A stretch of 64,000 bases of DNA, taken from contig VBLC01000035.1 in the NCBI GenBank assembly GCA_005879315.1, forward strand, positions 65,686-129,685, written 5' to 3'. The position numbers and the translations under genes were made by a program. This document shows, piece by piece, positions 58,060 to 64,000 of the stretch (positions are counted from its first letter, which is position 1; each line of letters begins with the position of its first letter). The notes under the pieces are model-generated. The model had not been told where the DNA came from. It did not search any database and saw nothing but the letters and a program-made list of their open reading frames with translations. This stretch comes from Deltaproteobacteria bacterium. GTDB lineage: Bacteria; Myxococcota; Myxococcia; Myxococcales; 40CM-4-68-19.

Positions 58060-58107
58060 GGGGGCGGGAAGATAAGGAAAGCCGCCCCTTTTGTCACTTC
58101 ACCGCGC

Positions 58108-59589
58108 TCAGAACGAAATGAACGTGGCGATGCCCGCCTGGAAGGTGTCGATGGCCTGGATGTGCGTAGCGCCCGGCTGCAGCGCCCAGCGGCGCTGGAA
58201 GTCGACCCGCATGTAGATGGGCCCGAACATCTTGTAGGCCAAAGACGCGGCGAGAAGGGATCGCTCATCGAGCTTGAAGGCGTCGTCGAATCCGCTCTTC
58301 ATGTTCTTGCGCAGGTAGTAGGCCGAGACCTTGAGGAGCTCGAATTTGGGGAGGGTGGCGAAGAAGCCGAGCGAGGCGCCGTTGGGGTCGCCCTGGTAGT
58401 CCTGGTAGAGCCCGCCGATCTGCAGGAAGCCGGCGAAGCCGAAGGCGAGCTCGCCGTAGTAGCCCTTGCGATCGATCGAGGTCGGGTCGATCCCCGGCGC
58501 ATTGTGCGCGTCCGTCGCGGCGATGTATTTGGGTTTGTAGGTGGTCGTTGCGCCCGAGAGGACCGCGTACTGGATGCGGCCCAGGTCGTAGGTCTGGTCG
58601 AAGTACTCGGGGATGTATCCGGGCTGCATCATCCGGTACTCGAGGCGGGCCTGCACGTTGATCTGCAAGACCGGCACGGGCAGGTAGAGATCCGTCAAGA
58701 CGCCGGTGTGCAGGCCGTTTCCGGCGCCGGCGATGCGATTCAAATCGACGTACGGGATGACGCTGATGAGCGAGTTGCGCAAGAGCTCGAACTCAGTGTC
58801 CACGCCTCCGGCATAGATCGCCTGGGAAGCGGCGATGATGGGGTTGCCCTTGCCGTCCTGCGTGAGCGTCCCGTCGGCGTTGTAGGTCAGCGCCCGCGGC
58901 GCCGCGAGGTCGCTGACGAAGGAGACGCCGACGGCCCACCCGCGCAAGAAGGGCGTCTCGCCGAAGGGCCGCAGATACGCGCGCGTGCCCACCAAGGTCG
59001 GATTGGCGACGTAATCGGTCAGGGTCTCGATCCCGAAGTAGGTGCCGTTCAGGTCGAGGGCGAGGCCGACCTTGGGATGGTCGAGGCTCAGGTTGTTGGC
59101 GTAGCGATTGATGAGCGTGCCGTGGCCGAGCGTGGCTCCCCAGAGCTGACCGGCGAGGAAATAGACCGGGTCGCGCTTGTGCCCGTAGCGGACGAAGCGG
59201 ATGAGACGGGCGAAGCTCTGCGGCTCGTCCCAGTCGCGCTTGCGGATGACGCCGCGGTAGGTGATGTCCTCGCGCCGGATGCCGGCCTCGGGCGAAACCA
59301 GAAGGTTCGAGGGAAGCGAGAGGCCGAGTCCCACCGGGCCGAGGCTGAACTCGGTGTTGATCACCGTGCTCATGTAGCTGCCTTCGCCCGCGATGCGCGT
59401 GTACCCGAAGCCGACGAAGGCGCCCTCCCGGCCGCTGAAGATCTGCGAGGGATCGGCGAACGCCTGTCCCACGCCCGCTGCGTTCGGCTGGTTCTGGCCC
59501 GCGACGCCGAGCGGCTCGGGCGGCGGCTCTTGCTGCGCGGCGGCGGCTGTGCTCAGGGCCAGAAGGAGGAGGGCGCTGCGGTAGGACAT
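58108..59589 (-). CDS. outer-membrane beta-barrel protein, function unknown
   Basis: 493 aa. Signal MSYRSALLLLALSTAAAAQ. Alternating strand pattern, C-terminal ...GIATFISF ending in Phe. GGAG lies upstream of the ATG. Confidence 0.65.
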   Translation of the reverse strand: MSYRSALLLLALSTAAAAQQEPPPEPLGVAGQNQPNAAGVGQAFADPSQIFSGREGAFVGFGYTRIAGEGSYMSTVINTEFSLGPVGLGLSLPSNLLVSPEAGIRREDITYRGVIRKRDWDEPQSFARLIRFVRYGHKRDPVYFLAGQLWGATLGHGTLINRYANNLSLDHPKVGLALDLNGTYFGIETLTDYVANPTLVGTRAYLRPFGETPFLRGWAVGVSFVSDLAAPRALTYNADGTLTQDGKGNPIIAASQAIYAGGVDTEFELLRNSLISVIPYVDLNRIAGAGNGLHTGVLTDLYLPVPVLQINVQARLEYRMMQPGYIPEYFDQTYDLGRIQYAVLSGATTTYKPKYIAATDAHNAPGIDPTSIDRKGYYGELAFGFAGFLQIGGLYQDYQGDPNGASLGFFATLPKFELLKVSAYYLRKNMKSGFDDAFKLDERSLLAASLAYKMFGPIYMRVDFQRRWALQPGATHIQAIDTFQAGIATFISF

Positions 59590-59676
59590 TTGGGCTCCAT
59601 TTGCAGGGGCTGCACGACGGTACCCAACACAGATCAGGAGAGCCAGAAACCGGCCGCGGTCACTTCGTGCGCGCGA

Positions 59677-60606
59677 TCACCGCCGGCGCAGGATGAGCGC
59701 GCGGAAGAGCTGGGCGAAACCGCCGGACGCAGTCGCATCGGGCCAGTGCGGCGAGCCCAGAAGGGGCAATTCCAGCGAAAGGAGGCGCGAGAGGAGCGGA
59801 TGGCGGCGGCGCACCTCCTCGGCGGGTGCGGCGAAGACCTCGCAGGAAGTGAAACGGCGCAGGCGCCAGAGGTCGGTGTAGCTCGCACAGCGGACCGAGA
59901 GGTCGGCTCCGAGAAGCTCGTGCAGCGGGAGCTGCTCGACGGCGAGGCCTGCGCCCTCGGCAGCGTCGCGGAGCTGGCGGAAGTCGATCGACCACTCGAG
60001 GTGCTCGCCCTGGCCGAAGGCGGCGAGCAGCCGGATCGGCGCGGGATCGAAGTCCCCGCCGAATTCGCTGAGGACGGCTGCGCCGCCGCTGGAGAGGACG
60101 CGCGCGATCTCGAGGACGAGCTCGATGGCGCCGGCGTTGCGGCCGCGCTCGGCCGGGAGATCGGCCATCATCTCGTTGGCGAGGATGAGGCCGTCGAAGG
60201 ATCTCGTCCTCAAGGGGAGCGCGACCGCGTCGGCGCGCAGGCCTTGCCAGCGGCGGTGGGCGCCGCCCGGTTGCGAAGGCTCGAGCAGCCGTCGTCGCTG
60301 TGCGCGCAGCAGCGCCGGCGAGAGATCGAGCGAGGTCCAGCGCGACTGCGTGAACGGCCCGGCGTCGCCGCGCCAGGCAGCCTCGGCCAGGTGTCCTGCG
60401 CCTCCGCCGATCTCGAGCACGCCGCGTTGTCCCGGCCCGATGCCGCGGCTGCCGATCCCCTGGAGGAGCGCCTCGCCATACCGGCGGCCGCCCAGCGCGG
60501 GATGGGGAAGGCGCAAGAGGTGCGAGATGGTGCACTCCACCTCGTCGAACCGCCGCCGCGCCGGGAGGCGGTCGAGGCGGTGGTGCGCTCGGGTGGCGTC
60601 CTCCAC
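59677..60606 (-). CDS. class I SAM-dependent methyltransferase (architecture reminiscent of DUF185/MidA)
   Basis: Real part of track ORF 59677..61122. Motif I: VLEIGGGAGHL. LILANEMMADLP resembles the NE..DA.P motif of MidA-type enzymes. The start is uncertain (GTG 60606 proposed). Confidence 0.6.
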   Translation of the reverse strand: MEDATRAHHRLDRLPARRRFDEVECTISHLLRLPHPALGGRRYGEALLQGIGSRGIGPGQRGVLEIGGGAGHLAEAAWRGDAGPFTQSRWTSLDLSPALLRAQRRRLLEPSQPGGAHRRWQGLRADAVALPLRTRSFDGLILANEMMADLPAERGRNAGAIELVLEIARVLSSGGAAVLSEFGGDFDPAPIRLLAAFGQGEHLEWSIDFRQLRDAAEGAGLAVEQLPLHELLGADLSVRCASYTDLWRLRRFTSCEVFAAPAEEVRRRHPLLSRLLSLELPLLGSPHWPDATASGGFAQLFRALILRRR

Positions 60607-60647
60607 TCGGCCGGGAGTTGTCGCGCGGCCGAGGGGTGGCGGGCAAG

Positions 60648-61019
60648 TCAGACTGCCGGCGGCGTGATGCGCAGCGTCCCTGAGGATGGCTGCGTGAGCG
60701 TCAGCGGATCGAGCCCCGCCTGCGCCGGGCCGTTCAGGACGCTGCCCGACAGAGTGAACTGCGAGCCGTGGCAGGGGCAGCGGAAGCCGTCGGTTTTGGG
60801 GATCACCGTGCATCCCTGGTGCGGGCAGGCCCCGCTGAGGGCGCTGTAGGCGCCTGCCAGCCGGACGACGATGATCGGATAGGGATAGCCGGCCGCTTTG
60901 CCTTCGACGACGCCGCCATCCTGCTGCAGCGAGGGATAGTCCGCGATGTTGATGGTCACGGCGCCATCCTGCAGCGCGCGATAGGTGCCGTCGCCGGGCA
61001 GGAGCTGCATGCGCACCAC
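60648..61019 (-). CDS. Rieske [2Fe-2S] domain protein (bc/b6f PetA-like cluster motifs)
   Basis: 123-aa track ORF with CPHQGC ... CPCHGSQF. The same frame stays open upstream to 61259 and contains a second Rieske motif pair (see next feature). Confidence 0.75.
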   Translation of the reverse strand: MVRMQLLPGDGTYRALQDGAVTINIADYPSLQQDGGVVEGKAAGYPYPIIVVRLAGAYSALSGACPHQGCTVIPKTDGFRCPCHGSQFTLSGSVLNGPAQAGLDPLTLTQPSSGTLRITPPAV

Positions 61020-61246
61020 GCCGCGGGCGTCGACCGCGGGCTGAAGCGCGGTCAGGTCCTGGTTGGCCGGCGGATTGATGACTCGCCCGTCGCTCGCGAA
61101 GCGCGAGCCGTGGCAAGGGCACTCGACTTCCTCGTCACTCCCGACCCAGGTCAGGTCGCATCCGGCGTGCGGGCAGTCGGCATTGAAGGCGAGATAGCGA
61201 CGGCGGCGCGTTGGGCCAGCTGGCGGCGGGAGAGGTCGTCGGCCAT
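61020..61246 (-). pseudogene. N-terminally truncated extra Rieske module plus out-of-frame Tat-like start
   Basis: In frame with the downstream Rieske ORF: ...RYLAFNADCPHAGCDLTWVGSDEEVECPCHGSRFASDGRV... There is no ATG/GTG/TTG upstream in that frame. ATG 61246 (GGAG 6 nt upstream) opens a different frame, MADDLSRRQLAQRAAVA..., which stops after 31 codons. Confidence 0.5.
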
Positions 61247-61259
61247 TTCGCGCTCCGGG

Positions 61260-61835
61260 CTAGAAGGTCAAGACGGTGAATCCGGCGAAAGTGGCCACCA
61301 GCGCCGTGTAGCCGATGATCTGATGCGCGAGAGCGAAGTCGCGCTGGGAGAGGCGGCCCTCGCGCGATCCGGTGACGATGCCGAGCACCACCTCTGCGGC
61401 CATCGCCGCCGTCGCGGTGGCCATCGCCGCCTTGTGCAGCGTGGCGGTGTCGAGGCGGAGTGGCTTTTCGAGCGGGCTTGGCGCAAAGACCGCGAGGGCG
61501 CCGGTGGCGGCGAAGATGGCGGCGCTGCCGTAGGCGGTCCAGCGGTGCCACTGGTGGAAGTTGCCGGTGTCGCCGCGGCCGCCATACTTGTCCATGTAGT
61601 CGAGCTGCCCGAAGATGACCGCCAGGCTCATGCTGCCGAGCGTGAGAAATCCGCCCAGCTGGTGCAGCTGCAGCATGCGCCGCCGCAGCGAGAGCTTTGC
61701 CTCCAGCTCCTTCTGCCGCTGAAGAGCGGCAGGGTCTGGCGCGGCCTCCTTGGGCAAGAGCTCGAAGTCCTCGGAGGGCGGCTGCTCTTGCGGCGCCCCC
61801 TGCAAAAGCGAGATGGCGAGCGCGAGAGCGAGCAT
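61260..61835 (-). CDS. membrane protein with four helices each carrying a histidine (possible di-heme b-type protein)
   Basis: 191 aa. N-terminal hydrophobic signal-like segment, then helices beginning LHQLGG..., HQWHRW..., LHKAAM..., LAHQIIG... Adjacent to yceI-like and Rieske genes. Confidence 0.6.
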   Translation of the reverse strand: MLALALAISLLQGAPQEQPPSEDFELLPKEAAPDPAALQRQKELEAKLSLRRRMLQLHQLGGFLTLGSMSLAVIFGQLDYMDKYGGRGDTGNFHQWHRWTAYGSAAIFAATGALAVFAPSPLEKPLRLDTATLHKAAMATATAAMAAEVVLGIVTGSREGRLSQRDFALAHQIIGYTALVATFAGFTVLTF

Positions 61836-61860
61836 CAGTTCCTCTGCGCGAGCGGCACTC

Positions 61861-62388
61861 TCACTTCGCCGGCCCGAAGATGAGGTCGCCGCTGATCGTC
61901 ATCCGGTCGTCGACCTTGATGAAGAGGAGCTCGGGGCGCTCGACCTTGAGCGCCTCGAGGCTGACCGGAAAGGAAAAGGTGGCGTGCACGCCGTCCTTTG
62001 CAGGCTCGAGCTTGACGGGCACTTCGATCGGCTGCTTCTCGCCGTTCAGCTCCACGGTGCCTCGCAGCGTAGCCGAGAGCGGAGCGCCGAGAGGCCAGGT
62101 CAGGCCGCTCATCGTGCCCTTGACGGTCGCGTACGGGTGCGCGGCCTCGTGCGTGGCCTCGCGCATGTGCGCGTCGCGGTTCGAGTTGCCGCTGTCGAAT
62201 GAGGCCACTTTGGCGCGCACCTGGACCTTGGTCGATCCGCCCTCCTCGATCAGCGCGCGACCCTCGATCTGCCTGGTGGTGCCGACGACCTCATGCAGCT
62301 TGTGCACCACCGTATAGCGCAGGGCGCCCTCGCGCACCTCGAGCATTTGCCCGGCGGCGAGGAGCAGTGCGAGGGCGAAGGAGGACAT
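61861..62388 (-). CDS. YceI-like (polyisoprenoid-binding) periplasmic protein
   Basis: ATG 62388 (MSSFALALLLAAG...). FDSGNSNRDAHMRE is the hallmark YceI motif. About 175 aa. Confidence 0.75.
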   Translation of the reverse strand: MSSFALALLLAAGQMLEVREGALRYTVVHKLHEVVGTTRQIEGRALIEEGGSTKVQVRAKVASFDSGNSNRDAHMREATHEAAHPYATVKGTMSGLTWPLGAPLSATLRGTVELNGEKQPIEVPVKLEPAKDGVHATFSFPVSLEALKVERPELLFIKVDDRMTISGDLIFGPAK

Positions 62389-62398
62389 TCGACCGATG

Positions 62399-62887
62399 TC
62401 AGAGCAGAAAGCGGATCGCGAAGAGAAAGTCGAGCAGGAAGTGCGGCTCGGGAGCCAGCGCGAGCGCCGGCGCCACTTCCAGGCCGAGCGCGAGCGGCGC
62501 TTGCTTGAGGAGCAACTCCACTCCGAAGGGCGCGCGGGCGCCGGCATAGACGCCGCCCGAGCAGCGGTCGGTCAGGAACCAGGGGCTGCAGGGACTCTCG
62601 AAGGCGCCGACGAACGGCCCGGCCCCCATGTAGACCTCGAGGTCTACGGTGCGGTGGCGCCCGCGGGCTTGCGTCCACAGCCAGTCGAAGCCGAAGCGGA
62701 GGCCCGGGCCGTAGAGAAAGGCGAAATTGATGTCGAAGGCCTGCGTGCTCCCGACGTACTGCTTGAAGGAGAGCCCGAAGGGGTTGCCCACGGTGAAGCC
62801 GAGGGAGGAGCGCGCCGGCCGATCGGCCTGCGTCTCGCGCGCGAGTGCGCCGCTGCTCAGCGCCAGAGCGAGGAGAGCAAATTTCAG
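62399..62887 (-). CDS. small secreted/outer-membrane beta-rich protein, apparent CTG start
   Basis: The track ORF starts at GTG 62791, but the frame is open upstream and encodes a clear signal peptide, KFALLALALSSGALA/RETQA. The only initiation candidate is CTG 62887, overlapping the def stop (CTGA). Confidence 0.5.
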   Translation of the reverse strand: MKFALLALALSSGALARETQADRPARSSLGFTVGNPFGLSFKQYVGSTQAFDINFAFLYGPGLRFGFDWLWTQARGRHRTVDLEVYMGAGPFVGAFESPCSPWFLTDRCSGGVYAGARAPFGVELLLKQAPLALGLEVAPALALAPEPHFLLDFLFAIRFLL

Positions 62888-63486
62888 AGGGCGGTGGCCT
62901 CGCCCTTGCGCTCGGCTTCGCGCTGGGCCTTGTGCTTCTTCAGGCGGCGGCGGATGAGCTCGCGCTTGAGCGCGCTGAGGTGGTCGACGAAGAGCTTGCC
63001 CTGCAGGTGGTCCATCTCGTGCTGCACGCAGACGGAGAGGAGTGTGTTGGTCGCCTCCAGCCGGCGGCGCTTTCCGTCGCGGCCGGTGAACTCGACGACG
63101 ATGTGGCCGAAGCGGGTGACCTCTTCGTACTCGTCAGGGATGGAGAGGCAGCCCTCGGTGTAGACGAACTCGCCCTCGCCCAGCTTGAGGACCGGATCGA
63201 TCAGCCAGAAGAGGCCCTCGCCCTTCTTCTTCGGAGGCTCACTTGCCCGCCGTTGAGTTCCTTCGCCTTCCGACTCCGGCACGTTAGCCCGCTGCTCGAC
63301 GTCGATGGCGATGACGTTCTGCAGGACGCCGATCTGCGGCGCAGCCAGGCCGACGCCGTTGGCGTCGTACATCGTCTCGGCCATGTCATCGCAGAGCTTG
63401 CGTACGGCCGCGTCGACGTCGCCGACGGGCTTGCCCTTCTGCTTCAGGCGCGGGTCGGGCCAGATGATGATCTCGCGCAGTGCCAT
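62884..63486 (-). CDS. def: peptide deformylase
   Basis: 200 aa. Motifs: GVGLAAPQIG, EGCLSIP, HEMDHLQG. It carries a charged insertion between motifs 1 and 2 and a basic C-terminal tail. Confidence 0.9.
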   Translation of the reverse strand: MALREIIIWPDPRLKQKGKPVGDVDAAVRKLCDDMAETMYDANGVGLAAPQIGVLQNVIAIDVEQRANVPESEGEGTQRRASEPPKKKGEGLFWLIDPVLKLGEGEFVYTEGCLSIPDEYEEVTRFGHIVVEFTGRDGKRRRLEATNTLLSVCVQHEMDHLQGKLFVDHLSALKRELIRRRLKKHKAQREAERKGEATAL

Positions 63487-63542
63487 GCTTCTTCCGTTCC
63501 TCCGCCCTTATCTCAGGGGCTCTCGTGCCCCACCCGAGGGGC

Positions 63543-63551
63543 ATTATAACA
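63543..63551 (-). promoter_or_regulatory. extended -10 promoter candidate (TGTTATAAT) upstream of def
   Basis: The minus strand reads TG-T-TATAAT, 57 nt upstream of the def ATG. A perfect TATAAT is conspicuous in this GC-rich DNA. No good -35 element. Confidence 0.4.
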
Positions 63552-63582
63552 TTCGGGTCTGACATCGCTCTGTTCCGCCCGC

Positions 63583-64000
63583 CTACAGCATCGCGACCGG
63601 ATCGACGTCGACGGCCACTTCCACTCCTCGATCCTGATGCTCCTCGAGCAATCTCCGTCCCAGCCGAAGCAGCGGCCCATGGTCCTCCGCGCGCAGCAGC
63701 AGCTGATATCGATGCTTCCCGCGCACTCGCGCGATCGGCGCCGGTGCCGGCCCCAGCACGTCGGCCCGCTCGCCGCGCGCCAGCAGCCTTCGGGCGAGGG
63801 CGGCCAGGCGCTCGGCCGCCGCGCGCACGCGCGGCTCGGAGTTTCCCTGCACGCGCACCGCGGCGAGGCGCGCAAAGGGCGGAAATCGTAGCGCCGCGCG
63901 CCGCTGCATCTCGTCCCGCGAGAAGGCCGCGTAGTCGAGGCTCACCGCCTGCGGCCGGAAGGCCTGCACCAGCACCCGCCCCGGCAATAGCCCGCGTCCC
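63583..64000 (-). CDS. priA: primosomal protein N' (PriA), C-terminal part; gene continues beyond the right edge
   Basis: ...GRGLLPGRVLVQAFRPQ...FSRDEMQRRAALRFPPFARLAAVRV...VRGKHRYQLLL... is the typical PriA C-terminal domain. The classical priA-def order is kept. Confidence 0.8.
   Translation of the reverse strand, partial: GRGLLPGRVLVQAFRPQAVSLDYAAFSRDEMQRRAALRFPPFARLAAVRVQGNSEPRVRAAAERLAALARRLLARGERADVLGPAPAPIARVRGKHRYQLLLRAEDHGPLLRLGRRLLEEHQDRGVEVAVDVDPVAML

Noticed and set aside
61260-61262. In-frame TAG between the 4-TM and Rieske frames as pyrrolysine or programmed read-through
   Set aside because: There are no pyl genes or recoding signals in the window. The linker it would create (PGARNGRRPLPPPAGPTRRRR) is low-complexity. 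Mutation, deletion or sequence error is more parsimonious.

Overview
This is 64 kb of a very GC-rich bacterial chromosome. Third-codon positions are strongly G/C-biased, so both strands carry long spurious R/A/G/P-rich ORFs. I called genes only where the translation shows recognisable motifs, signal peptides or sensible operon geometry. I support about 66 protein genes, packed almost wall to wall, many joined by NTGA or TGATG stop-start overlaps. I recognised no rRNA, tRNA, CRISPR array, transposase or integrase.

Gene content, left to right:
- M16 peptidase, a 70-aa histone-fold candidate, an RluA-type pseudouridine synthase, a divergent Fe/Mn-SOD, a PilZ protein, a VanX/DdpX dipeptidase, a SpmA/SpmB-like pair and two large outer-membrane barrels.
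- A translationally coupled lysine (DAP succinylase branch) block: lptM-like-lysA, dapA-dapB-FAH-dapC, dapD-dapE-folK-TPR.
- Hemerythrin, KpsF, and a TetR(FadR-like)-etfB-etfA unit with a perfect palindromic operator.
- CaCA antiporter, EamA transporter, and a 1087-aa VolA-like lipoprotein lipase followed by FadL.
- Nudix-MBL fusion, fatty-acid hydroxylase, CPBP protease, SAMHD1-like HD protein, two HD-GYP proteins, a VKOR-M28 pair, rhodanese and RlmI.
- MoxR-DUF58-transglutaminase, MutM, S8 protease and AlaRS.
- priA-def followed by an unusual operon: small OMP / YceI / four-His 4-TM protein / Rieske / methyltransferase.

Taxon guess (inference only): a Myxococcota-like organism.

Most noteworthy observations:
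1. The YceI / 4-TM(His) / Rieske cluster, whose Rieske region is a tandem module with frame anomalies.
2. alaS is frame-disrupted just before its C-terminal domain.
3. An HBb-like bacterial histone candidate.
4. An intergenic array of CGAGCTCG palindromes built on a 37-bp tandem repeat.
5. A VolA-like lipase + FadL pair.
6. A Bacillus-FadR-type box in front of tetR-etfBA.

All starts were chosen by eye and are approximate. No database search or computation was possible.
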